Assembly (NCBI GenBank): GCA_022813965.1
Contig: JALDZS010000081.1
Location: 62,001 to 97,129 of the forward strand
DNA: 35,129 nt
Source of the DNA: Toensbergia leucococca
Lineage: Eukaryota
Direction: 5' to 3'
Part shown: positions 11,183-23,111 of the stretch, piece by piece
How positions within the stretch are numbered: position 1 is the stretch's first letter
How the letters are laid out: each line of letters opens with the position of its first letter
Position numbers and translations under genes: made by a program
Notes under the pieces: model-generated
Told to the model about the DNA's origin: nothing
What the model saw: the letters and a program-made list of their open reading frames with translations, nothing else
Databases searched by the model: none

Positions 11183-12579
11183 TCAAAGCGCTTTGTCCGG
11201 TACTTCCTTGAAGTTGTCTAGGTGGACTAGTCCTTTGCGTGGCTAAATCCTCGTAAGCTTGGGCAAGCATCGGATGGAACAGAATCTGTGCATGGCACTT
11301 ACTGGAGAAAATTGTCGAAGCTTCACCCCTCCTTCCTTAAAAATGGCGGCAGCCTAGTCTGTGTCAGAAGCCCGTCTTTTTGTCGTTGCATGGGATCTAT
11401 ATTTACCTTCTCATCCATGCTGTATTCCTGAGAGTATACAACTTCTGAGATGCCAACTTGAATAATCTTGACACTGCAAGTAAGACAAGGGCAACTGACA
11501 CCAAGCGCATTAGCATCACAGGATCTTTTGATACCGTAGCAGATACACTCACGTGTCGCAATAGAGGGTCGAGGATTCCCTAATGCGCTCTCTCCCTGCT
11601 TCCAGTAGTGCGTTCTCCTCGGCATGAATACATAAGCATGTCGACAGACCTATACCTGCCTTTTGGGCATCATTGCACCGTCCACCTGAGATGGTCAGTA
11701 AGAAGGTTTGATTGTAATTTCACTAGTACAGGACTCACAACCGCCCTCATTACAATTCTTTAGGTTCCTAGGAGTACCATTATAGCCTGTGCTTATGACC
11801 CTCTTTTCTCGAACCAGTACACAGCCCACTCGTCTCTTCATACAGTTACTTCTCTGGGCAGCGAGTGAAGCCAATTGCATGAAGTATTGGTCCCAGCTAG
11901 GACGCAGGCGCTGGGAATTTGCTAGGTTCAGGCCTTCTAATGCGTCATGCAACTTCCATAGCGAGGATGTCGAATTAAGCAGACGAACTTCTGCCCGGTC
12001 AATCAAGTTGGCTAACCCCGTTTGTTGGTCGTAGAGATGACCATCATTACGAATAACAAATTCCTCAAGCGTAGGCGGCTTCAAATTGTACAGTTCGCAT
12101 CTAGAAGGTGCATAAGCAGTGCAAGCGGAAAAGGAATTCTGGGCGAAGTCACCGCTTCTTGAATCGTTGCCATCGTATGCTCACAGGCGCATCCACACTG
12201 ACAAGAAGGAATGAAGGCCTCTTGAGCAGAATTTCGAGTATATTTTCATCCCACACGTCAGTTGTCACCCAACGCTGCTGCCACTGTTTGGTGACGAAAT
12301 CCAGCAGTGCGTCGACACTCGCGAAAGAATGACATTCCAAGTCCGGGGCATCATCGCCCTGGCCGAAGTCTAAAACGGACGCCTGAGTCACAGATTTCTC
12401 CACCAACGTTGTTACTGCCGTTCGAGCGAGATGCAGCCTATGAAAGCCATGGTGTTCAACAAGATATTCTGCGACCGAATGCTTTCCTGCGCAAATTCCT
12501 TTGGCATCGTCAGCTTCAACAAAGCATCTCCTACGACGGTCACTCGATGTTCTATACCTCCACATAAGCCGATGAGCAT
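11183..12579 (-). CDS. DCD1: Deoxycytidylate (dCMP) deaminase, multi-exon, with fungal N-terminal P-loop-like domain
   Basis: MLIGLCGGICAGKHSVAEYL, RPSWDQYFMQLASLAAQRSNCMKRRVGCVLV, STGYNGTP, CLCIHAEENALLEAG, CPCLTCSVKIIQVGISEVVYSQEY; final exon PRKGLVHLD...KAL*. Confidence 0.95.
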
Positions 12580-12619
12580 TTTGGTCCCCACTTCTGGTAT
12601 CGACACGAGGTCTTTCAGA

Positions 12620-12637
12620 GCGCGTCAGTTTCGCGTC
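12620..12637 (-). promoter_or_regulatory. Paired MCB/SCB-like CGCG elements in the DCD1/ATG7 divergent promoter
   Basis: The minus strand reads GACGCGAAACTGACGCGC, ~40-60 bp upstream of the DCD1 ATG. This fits a G1/S-regulated dNTP-metabolism gene. Confidence 0.5.
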
Positions 12638-12872
12638 TGGTGACCTCCTTAGCTCGTACTATTCTACCTTGGTAAGCTCGGTAAAGGTACCAGGCACGCC
12701 AGGGTAAGGTACTCATGATCATCGTCATCTGCTAGTCACTCACCGAGCACTGTCACTTAGAAACGAATAACACCCGCTTGCTTCAACATTGTTAAGTACC
12801 TGGCATACAATCACACGGGATCCCACTTTCTTAGGAGGCATAGAGTCCTGATCTTTTATCTATGCATTTGCT

Positions 12873-15427
12873 ATGTTGAAATTCGCAACCTTTACTTCTG
12901 ATATTGAACTTCCTTTCTACACTTCCCTAGCATCGCACAAGATCAACCATGACAAACTTGATGATTCGGCAAGGCGGCTTCTCGGCCTCTACGACATTCG
13001 CTCAAGTGATGCACCTGACGCATCATGCCGTATGCAGATCCATGGTAATGCCTTGACAACAGACGAGTCAGTTATTCACAATTTCAGTGCCCAAATACCA
13101 TTTCACTAACGACTGACATCAAGGGTGCCAGCAGGCTTTTGTCGAGCTGAGGGCATAATAAAGAATGTAAACACCATTGAAGAATACAAAACTCTGGATA
13201 AGGCCACATTCTTGACCCAAGCAGCGTCCACCGCAAGTCAGACAAACCTTGGCTTCCGCACTCAGAGGTGCTAATAAACGATATAGATTTGGGAAGCAAT
13301 CAATGATAGTACTATATATTCATGTCCCTCCTTGTTGGCCTCTTTCTCGGTCATTTGTTTCGCGGATCTCAAGAAGTACAAATTCACCTACTTATTCGCC
13401 TTTCCCGCCCTTCATTCCGAGCCTCCCTGGAGGCTAGTAACGGGCAAAGACCCTGAATCAGTAAAGACATCAAAGGAAGACTCAGATGAGGCCTCAACGA
13501 TGCGCCTTACAGGCTACGAGACAACCGCCTTAGTAGATTGTGTTCAAACGTGGAGATACAGCGTCGACGCTAGACAGTATGGCTTTTTTCTTGCAAAGAA
13601 AATCAGACCCACTCGATCTCAAACACTCAAAGAACTCGACGTGAACCCGAATAGCTCGGAAACTCCGAAGGAAGACCACCCAAGACCAAGCACTCCGGGG
13701 ACCCCAGATCATGTCCTAGGCTATGTATGGGAGGTTGGGTCTTTGGCAAATTACGAGGCAGGGTTTTTCAACAGAATCGACCCAAGCGATCGATTTGTGT
13801 GCTTCGCAGACCCATCCACATATGAGGCCTATCCGGGATGGATGTTGCGGAATCTTCTAGTCCTTGTACGTAGGCGCTTCAAGATCGATGATGTACAAGT
13901 GTTATGCTACAGGGATGTTCAAACTCGAAGGGATGAAGCACGAAGCATCATCCTAAATCTGGAGGTGGACAAAACACATCTAACCTCTTCCAATGAAAAA
14001 GAAAGTGCGTTCAAGTCGCCGGAGATGCCAAGGGTAACAGGCTGGGAGCGTAATGGTGCAGGCAAGGTTACGAGTAAGGTTGCAAATCTTGGGGAGTATA
14101 TGGACCCACAACGGTATGTCTTCAACTACGCTTCAGTCATTTGCATCAATTACTCACGCCTCAGCTCAGCTTGGCTGACCAAGCTGTCGACTTGAATCTC
14201 AAGCTTATCAAGTGGCGGATAGCGCCAACACTGGATCTCGAAAAGGTCAAATGCACTAAGTGTTTGTTACTTGGGGCTGGAACGCTTGGCAGCTATGTTG
14301 CGCGCAACCTTCTGGTACTTTAAAAATTGGTCAGGACTCCTTGTACGCGCACAAAAACTGACTGCGACTCGATATTAGGGCTGGGGTGTTCGTAAGGTTA
14401 CTTTTGTTGACAACGGATCCGTCTCCTTCTCCAACCCCGTTCGCCAGCCACTTTTTGATTTCAAGGACTGCTTAGAAGGTGGAGCCAAAAAGGCATACCG
14501 AGCCTCTGAAGCATTGACAGAAATTTACCCAGGAGTGGATTCCAAAGGATACGTGATGTCGATACCGATGGCAGGGCATTCGATCATCGATGAGTCTCAA
14601 GTGAAGACTGAATTTGAGACTCTAAGGGATTTGATTGACGAGCATGACGCAATTTTCTTACTCATGGACACCAGGGAAAGTCGGTGGTTACCAACCGTCA
14701 TGGGCAAGGCTGCGGGAAAGATCGTAATGAATGCTGCCCTAGGTTTTGACACTTACGTTGTGATGCGACATGGTGCCTCTGATCACAAGCAACCCGAGCA
14801 AACCCTTGGATGCTATTTCTGCAACGATGTCGTAGCCCCTGCAGACGTAAGGATCTGTCTGATTATAGTCTAGAGTAAGTGAAAGCTAACAGTCTCTCTC
14901 TACATTTAGTCTGTCACAGATAGGACTCTTGATCAGCAGTGCACAGTGACTCGCCCAGGTATTGCAGCCATCGCATCTGCGCTTCTAGTTGAGATCTTAG
15001 TCTCCCTATTACAGCACCCCTTGGGCGTATTTGCTCCGGCTCCAACTTCGCAGACAGAGGATCGTGGCGATCATCCACTCGGTATCGTTCCTCACCAGAT
15101 TCGAGGCTTTCTATCCAATTTTCAAAACATGGTCATTCATGGTAGAAGTTATGATTGTTGCAGCGCTTGTTCACCCAGGATCCTAGACGCCTACAAATCA
15201 GGAGGATGGGACTTCGTGCAGAGAGCTTTAAATGAAAGGGGCTATGTTGAAGAGCTTAGCGGGCTTGCAGAGGTGTGCATAGGAGTAGACTCTTCATACG
15301 TTTAGTATTCTACCATACTGACCATGCACAGGTGCAAAGGATAGCTGAGCAGGCCGCAGCTGATATAGAGTGGGATGAAGATAGAGAGCCGAGTCCGGAG
15401 GAAGAAGGTGACGGAGAGGTTCTTTGA
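12873..15427 (+). CDS. ATG7: Atg7 E1-like ubiquitin-like modifier-activating enzyme, multi-exon
   Basis: [112 protein letters not shown] (catalytic Cys), [16 protein letters not shown]; stop at 15425-15427. Confidence 0.97.
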
Positions 15428-15569
15428 GTTTAGTGGAGCTTAAACAATGTGATATTCTGGCATACGGCGTTCAATGACCATAAGCTCTTGTTACTTTACA
15501 TCACGCTTTGACTGGAGAATAAGTGTTTGATAGTTGCACATTGGATTTTGCTCTGTTCAGATTTGGTTT

Positions 15570-16912
15570 TTATTGGGTTCTTGTATCGTCGGTGTCGGAC
15601 GTGTGGGCGCCGAAGACGACTGCTTCCTCCACGTCTGCTTTTCTTCTGAGAGCTACGAAATAGGCCTCTTTAGATTCCTACTCAATTGATTACTCAAAAC
15701 GGTATCGCAAAGGCAGAAGTTCAGCGTCTTACACTTCGAGATGACTCAGGCTTCTCTCGATGTACTTTTGCAAAAAGAGACTTCAGCCGAGTTTCCATTG
15801 CCTTGTCTTCTCCACCTTGGTAGAATTTGCAAACAAGATGGCCACCAGAACGTAATGTGTCAAAACTGAAGCGCAAAGCTGCACTGCATAAATCCTTTTT
15901 CCCCACTTCAGGGTTAACGCTATTGACAACGCAACAGAAGTCAGGGGTAATTCTTACCATACTGCCTGCATGGTCTCTGAAACTCATACCGCTTGTGTTC
16001 ATCATCCTAAAGTAGGGGTTACTCAAGCTTCTCTTCCAAAATCCAGCGGTCTGCTCCCAGGGCGCGGACATATCACTAAGCACAACATCCACCAGCCGTT
16101 CTGCAACCACAGATTTCTCTGACTCTGTCCCGCTTGTGCACCCAACTTCCGCTGCCCTAAGATCATGATTCCTCAATGGTAAATCTGATCTCCTTTCCAG
16201 CTCGATATAGTCTCTTACCCCTCCCTCAAGCTCTTCCTCTGTCGGTTGTCCATGGCCATTGTTTACACTCAGGAAAATTTGCTGTCTTGGCCTTCCCCGG
16301 TCAGGATCCCGGAGAAATTTTTTGACTTCGCATTGCACAGCTTGAGAGAGGAAATTTCCCTGGATGGTCGACACGCCTTTGGGAGGTTGCGCCGGGATAA
16401 TATCAATACCAACGACGCGACCGTTCGGGGACGTTCGATCGACGGCGACCTACACTTGTATCAGGTTCTTGATGCTCTTTATAATCGCCACGGGTCGTAC
16501 TTGGGACCACGATCCAGGTGCGTATCCCTTCACAGCTTAGCTAGACACACACTACTTTTGGTGCCAGAGATGAAATACCAGGTCAACAACCGTTTGGCCT
16601 TTTTTGAAAATCTTAAATTTCTCGTTGATCTGGAACATCACATGAGCATAAAATTACTGGCGGTATATATCTGCGGACAACCTCTAATAGTTTGAAGGCT
16701 GCGCGGCTCTTCAAGCCTTGGACTTTGGCATCTTTAGTAAACTTGTCCTTGCCTCGCCGATTCTGCCATCGTTTCGAAGAGGACGATGAATATCGATTTG
16801 GGTAAACACAATGGACATGAGGCTCGGAATGATAAAGATTGAAAAGGGGTAATGCTTCAGCAAAATTGCATGCTCTGTCTTTCAGGCGATTCAGCGGCTG
16901 TCGAGACAGCAT
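15570..16912 (-). CDS. MRM2: Mitochondrial 21S rRNA Um methyltransferase (FtsJ/RrmJ family), multi-exon
   Basis: Transit-peptide-like N-terminus, SSSSKRWQNR, GLKSRAAFKLLE, DLGYAPGSWSQV, IQGNFL, VDVVLSDMSAP, DHAGSMDLC, GGHLVCKFYQG, EKPESSRSESKEAYFVAL. Confidence 0.93.
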
Positions 16913-17570
16913 GAAGCGTCATGGAAGATAGGTGAACACAAGATGTTTGTTGTATTGTGCAAAATACACGAGGTAGCGTATCAAAACAGCGTCTTCTTCA
17001 TCACGTTGATACGAGTACGAGACTACCTACCTATCCGAGGATCACATACGGATATGTAGGCACAGCTAGGAGGGTAGTAGGTACGAAGTACTTAGCATAC
17101 AGCCGGTCAACGCATTAAAATGTTGCTTTATCATTTCTGCATAAAGCAGCCTAACAACTAAGATACATGTGTGCATGAAATCTAATATCATCACTAGAGG
17201 AAATTCTGCCAATGCTATTCTGTTGAGTTGGTCACAACAAAAAATCCGTACATGACTGCACACACCAAGGGGATTGAGCACAAGAATATCCTGCATTGCG
17301 GCTGACTTGAAATCTTCAACAGTGTAATTTGTCCCAGACTAGATACCTCAAGAACATTTAATTAAGTCTTGTTCATGGATTCCGGCGCCATGTGCACGGT
17401 TTTGAAAGCTAGCCATTTCATACAAGTTAAGTACATGTACGTAAGTAATATCAGTGGTGCTAACAACATGGTGGTACTCTCACTTAAGGCAGGTATTCAT
17501 CAACATGAATTGACGTTAGATCCAAAGGGAAAACTCAGATACATTATTTGTGGAGGCGGCGGCTTCCAAG

Positions 17571-19264
17571 CTACATGAAAGGAGTCCTTTTGTCCTTCAA
17601 TGGCGAAAATGTGCCTCCAGACTCACCCAGCCCGCTAGCATGCCCAACGAAATTAACTTTTCCCAAAGTCACAAAACCTTTCATTCCACGCTTGGAACCT
17701 TTGTGTGCCTCACCATCATCTTCATCAAACAGTGTTCTACCCAAGCTGGAACCCAGCAATTTGCGTTTCTTCCTTTTCATTTGAAATCCGTCATTTAGTT
17801 TATCGTCGACTTCGTTAATCGTTGTGGATGATTTGGAGGGAATTACCGCTGCGGCAGCCGTTTCGTCCTTGTCTTCCTCTGCGACCTGCTCCAAAAAAGA
17901 CATGGTCTTTATCTTGGGCAAGGTGGGAGCTCTCGAGTTCGTCTTGCCGACTTTGGTAATCCCAAGAATTTCTGGTTTCTGTCCGCGCACACTTTGTTTG
18001 GCAAGTTTCGTCAATTCCGAGATATTGGATTGTTTTGGGGATGGCTCTCTCCTATTGCCCGGTTTTTTGAGCTGAACATCGTGTAATTCAGTCTCATCAG
18101 CATTCTCGTCGGTGTCATGCTGCTTGGCAGGGCTTTCTGGCGCCACACTCACGGTACGGTTGAGAAATGGCGTTATGGAGAAAGTCGATTTATGACCTGG
18201 CATGGTTGATCCTCTTTTGCTTCTCTTCGCTGCTGGTAGGACTCCAGGGGTGCCAATCATGGCATCAGTATCCAACTCCGCAGCACTTCTTTTGCGTGAA
18301 ATCTTTGCTATTTCCTTAGAAGTACCGCCTACAGCTCCAGCTGAAAGCTTAGGAATAATCTGTTGCTCCAATTGGGCCTCTTTCAACTGGTCCTTGGTGG
18401 TCTTTAGTTTGTTTCTAAAAGCATCCAATCGGGATTCTAGGATAGTTTTCGTGCTCTCCCATTCAACCGACTCCTTTTGGGCTTCTCGTTCAGCCTTTTG
18501 ACGCTCTCGTCTCTCTTTAGCTAATTCTGCTTGTAAAAAATCTATGCGACTTTCCAGCTTGGCGTCCTCTGCTTGCAATTTACTTTCTTTTGCCAAAATG
18601 CGCTGTGTTGCCCGCTTCTCTGTTTCCATTTCTACTTGAAGCGTGCTCAATTGCTGTTCCAAGGAGAGCTTCTCTGCTAGCAGTGACTGGTGCAGTGCCG
18701 CTTGAGAACGTAAATAATCGATCTCAGGTCTAAGGACTGATAATTCGCGAGCCAGAGAAAGCTTCTCCGTCAGCAACTTGGTTGAATCCATAGAAACACT
18801 GCTCATAGAGCCCAGTTCGGCCTAGTCGGAGGTTAGTCGTCCGTCCTTGTATAACGCCTTGAGGACCACCTACATTCAAGGTCTCGACTTGCCGTGACTT
18901 CAATCGTAAATCACTTTGCACGAAGTCAAACCTCCTCTCGACAACATCCAGTTCCGCTAAAATTTGATCACTGTATCTACCCAGGTCATCAATCCGATCG
19001 TGATTCTGCGCTAGTTGAGCATGCAGATCCAAGTTTTCATCCTCAAGTAGCAAGATGCACACGCGGAGCTGCCTCGCTCTTTCCCTGTCACAGATCAAAT
19101 CTGTCTCTCGCAGATTCTTCTCATAAGCTAGTTCAAGCTCTCGCACGTCCAGTGTCTGGAGCAACTACGACCATGTGGTATCAGCAAATTTGACCTTATC
19201 GCATTTTGAATCTGATCCCTACCTCAGCAGCATCAGGAACAATTCCACAGTTAAATGAGCCCAT
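17571..19264 (-). CDS. Uncharacterised coiled-coil protein with basic, SP/TP-rich C-terminus (3 exons)
   Basis: ATG at 19264, then GTAGGG..TAG and GTAGGT..TAG introns join ORF 19164-~18873 to the 411-aa ORF. Long heptad-rich N-half; NLS-like KRKKRK; TFSITPFL and FSPLK motifs. Confidence 0.8.
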
Positions 19265-19337
19265 TGCGAGCTAAAGTCATATGAAAGAAGGATGTTAAAT
19301 CCCGTATGGTGAAAATAGAACACAAAGGTGAGGTGAC

Positions 19338-19372
19338 ACGCGATGTGAGCGCGTAAACACTCACATAAACAA
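19338..19372. promoter_or_regulatory. Cluster of CGCG (MCB-like) and forkhead (GTAAACA, ATAAACAA) motifs
   Basis: ACGCGATGTGAGCGCGTAAACACTCACATAAACAA lies in the 275-bp divergent promoter between the coiled-coil gene and OST3. Confidence 0.45.
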
Positions 19373-19539
19373 GCTCCCTTTACGGATGCTCCGTAACTGA
19401 GTACAATAATGTGATCCGGTGAAATATAATGCCGTAGCCGACACGGAGTATGGACAGAACACTTGTTCGAGTTTCGAGCTTCGAACAGTCGTGATCACTT
19501 GATTCACGGTCAAAATCAACTCCTCAAGGTCAACACAAA

Positions 19540-20688
19540 ATGAGAATCATTCAAACTCTGCTACTAGCTGTTACGCCTCTTGTTGCTTTAGCAGCAAAAG
19601 ATGCTTCTCAAAGTAAATTTGATGAGTATCACTCACGGTCACTTTCATCTACGCCTTTGAAGCTGGACGACGCGAGCTATGACGACTTGACTGTCACTCC
19701 GCGCGACTATACTGTAGTTGTTCTCCTGACTGCACTCGAGGCAAGATTCGGATGTCAGTTATGCCGCGATTTCCAGCCAGAGTGGGACCTTATAGGCCGA
19801 AGTTGGGTTAAGGGAGACCGGAGGGGGGAGAACCGGGTGCTCTATGGAACCTTGGACTTCACAGACGGAAAGGGGACTTTCCAGAAGGCACTCTTGTCTA
19901 TCTCATTCATGATATTCAGATCATTAACAGTGCCTCCAGCTCATGTTACAGACTGCCCCAATACTGATGTTATTCCCACCGACTGTTGATACTGGCGCAA
20001 AAGGTGATGGCCAGCCCATTCGATATGACTTCAGCATGGGGTAAGTCACGATCAAAAGGTGCAGACGCTCATTTGCTTACTGGCGACCTTAATAGACCTC
20101 GATCTGCTGAACAGGTATATGCCTGGATCACTCGGCAACTGCCTGACGGCCCCAAACCCTCTATACACCGACCTCTGAACTATGTCCGCATTGTGGCAGT
20201 CACGACGACCATACTAGGCCTCATAACATTCTTCAGTGTGGCTTCGCCATACATACTCCCTGTCATCCAAAACAGAAATTTGTGGGCAGCCATCAGCCTC
20301 ATCACCATTTTACTATTCACAAGTGGACATATGTTCAATCATATACGAAAGGTGCCTTACATTTCAGGCAACGGTAAGGGCGGCATCACATACTTTGCTG
20401 GGGGGTTTTCCAACCAATTTGGCTTGGAGACGCAGATCGTTGCAGCCATGTGTGCGTGTATACTGTCCTGTCGCCATGGGCATGAAAATGACTGACTTTA
20501 TTCCAGACGGTGTACTCTCCTTTGCAACTATCGCACTTGCACTCAAAGTTCCTCGCATGTCAGATCCTAAGCAGCAGCAGGTCGCAGTATTCGTTTGGGG
20601 GGGCGTGATATTTGGAATGTACAGTTTCCTACTAAGTGTGTTCAGAATCAAGAATGGAGGCTACCCCTTCTACCTACCACCTTTCTGA
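19540..20688 (+). CDS. OST3: Oligosaccharyltransferase OST3/OST6 (MAGT1/TUSC3-like) subunit, 4 exons
   Basis: Signal peptide; thioredoxin-like VLLTALEARFGCQLC; TM segments; FTSGHMFNHIRKVPY; NQFGLETQIVA; C-terminal FRIKNGGYPFYLPPF. Confidence 0.92.
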
Positions 20689-20824
20689 GATCGCAATGGC
20701 CTTTTGTTTTTTCTCCAGTAGACGTAAATGGCGTCATCGATAGGAAGGAATGTTTTCATCTAGACAGAGAAAATCGTTCCGTAACGAGCTTGCATTACTA
20801 TCCAACTATGTACCCAGATTTCAC

Positions 20825-22624
20825 CTATATCATATCTGGAAATTCACAACTAAATTCACCTTGTCCGGGGAGGTAGTCGGCATTTTGCCACCATTTTCGC
20901 GCTTCTGACAGTGTCAATTCTTCAGTAGCTGAACCCATCGAATCACCCGTTGTCGTTGCCTCGGATTGAAAAGAATTAGCCGTAGGCCTATTGTCTCCTT
21001 GCGACTTATCAGAGACCGAGGGGGAGTCATCAGCCAGAACTTGTTGCGCTATCATCCCCAACCCCGCCTTCCGAGGCTGTAGGGGCACTGGCATCAGATC
21101 TTTGTCCATCTTTGACATGTCAGATGGAATTGGCGTGCCGTCAAGCTCGACTGGCGAGACCTCCGTTGTGGTAGCATCCAATTCCACAGGCGGTCTCGAC
21201 GCAACGTTTCGTGAGTCTGTGAGGTCAGCCTCCAGAGGTATATCTCCGGACAGCTCTACGGCTGCGTCCTCTACGTCGCCTATAAATTCATGTTCCTCTT
21301 GGTCCTCGAACTCATCCACATCCTCAGCCTTAACCGCTTCCTCGTCATCATCCTCGTCTTCATCCAACTCATCCTGGGTACGTTCCATCTCTTTTTCTAA
21401 CTCTCTTTCCTGATTAACCCCGTTACTAGTAATGATTATCCGAAATCGTTTTCTCTCTCTCGATTTCTTTGTCCACGGTAGTCTTTCTTTTAATCCTCTC
21501 TTTTCCCAGATTTCATCCTCTTCCCTTTTCATTGCGTCCTCCGGTACCTTCAATCGAACAACCAACCCACGCTCGGAGAACACTTCTTCGTTCCATCTCT
21601 GCAGCGTGCTTGCAAGATCCTTCCCGCCCTTCATCTTCTTTTCGCTTACTCTTCCCTCGAGAGATCTGCGAACATTTTTCACCGATTGTTGTCTCGCAAC
21701 CTCCTTTCCCGCATAGTATCCCATCGGCGTGACTATCTGAACAGTAATTCCGGTTGCTAGGCCCACCATGTGTTGCGACAGACTCAATTTAGTTGCTTTG
21801 ACAACGTCTTTAGAAAACTTGTTCCAGGCGTCTGGAGGGATGTGGAGATTGAAAAGTGATGGATGATACTACATTGGTGCATACGATCAGCTAACCAGGA
21901 TACTGGATCGATCTCTCTGAGATGACTTATGTCCAGAAGGACTTACGGCAAATCCACTGCTCAGAGCTGCTGAACGTGTCCTTACGGTCAAGGGCAGATC
22001 TTCCCTCTCATCATTACTACCACCAAGGCTACCACAAAAGCTACTGCTTTTTGCACGGTCGCTTAGCGCAGTCAAGAGCAGCTTTCTAGTAGGGTACTGG
22101 GATGTGAGAGACGTGGAGGACATTGGTGATAGCGGGATGCTAGAGGTCCTCGAGCTTGTACTACGTCGTGGGGTCTGCGAGGAAGAACGTGAAGTATCGA
22201 AGCTCTGGCGTGGTGCTCTCCCGCGCATGCTCGCACTCCGTCGAGCACGTGCCGACGCTGTGGTCGAGACTGTGGTCGAGGCTATTGTCGAGGCTGGGGT
22301 CGAAGCTGGGGTCGAAGCTGGGGTCGATGGCGCGTCCTCAGTGCTTTGGCGTGATGGGACAACTGACCTGCTGCTGTTGCTCCGGGTGTGATTCAAATTG
22401 TTAGCGAGCCCAGGTTGAGCTGGTAGCTCACCACCTCGTAGGGGATTTAAGGTGGGTGATCTCTCGCTCGGGTGGATGCCAAGGTGAATTCCGGTCTTGT
22501 TGTCGGTCATTGACATTGAGGTGGGACATGCGGGAGCTGCTTCCTCGTATGGTGGCGGCGGATGAACATGCCCCACGCCTTCAGCAACGTTTAGATTTAA
22601 AGGTGTATGAGAGCTTGGAGTCAT
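20825..22624 (-). CDS. Hypothetical protein: S/T-rich N-terminus with PPPY, central DUF4646-like segment, acidic tail; intron 21946-21869
   Basis: The GTAAGT..TAG intron joins the 296-aa and 320-aa ORFs in frame (SSGFA|YHPSLFNLHIPPDAWNKFSKDV). WNEEVFSERGLVVRL resembles the fungal DUF4646-type motif (family call is from memory and tentative). Start taken at ATG 22624. Confidence 0.7.
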
Positions 22625-23111
22625 GGTTTCGAAGGATAGGGTAAGTAGCAGTTTATGGTCTTTGGTATTCAGATATTGGATTTTTTTTAATGATATGATC
22701 TCCTCGTACACAGTAACAATAACCACCCAGATAATATATGATATAGACCAGGCCACGCAGGACGTTAAGAGCGGCACATAGAACGCATATTCTCAACTCG
22801 TCGCACCTTTAATGCCTGATACAGTGATGAAGGTTCAATGTAACCTAATCTCACCGTCACACATGGGTGTCACTCCGTACCTAATCTGTACCTAAAGCAC
22901 ACTAGATAGTAAGCTGACTGAAATCTCTGATTCATTAACCATCACCTAAGAAGGTGAAGCAAGGTTTCCGTACCAGTTAAATCATGAGATGATACAACTA
23001 TATGTTTCAGCGTGTCTCGGACTCGGAGTAGTGAGATCACCGGCTGGAAATGTGTGCTATTACTCCGTGCGAAGCCTTGATCCAAAAGTATTCAGATACG
23101 CTAAAACTTAG

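Noticed and set aside
3420..16912. Functional gene cluster (polyamine, histidine, nucleotide, autophagy)
   Set aside because: These are unrelated housekeeping genes with no shared pathway or backbone enzyme; ordinary gene-dense neighbourhood.
22290..22328. 12-bp tandem repeat GCTGGGGTCGAA x3
   Set aside because: An ordinary in-frame coding repeat (STPA) in a disordered region.
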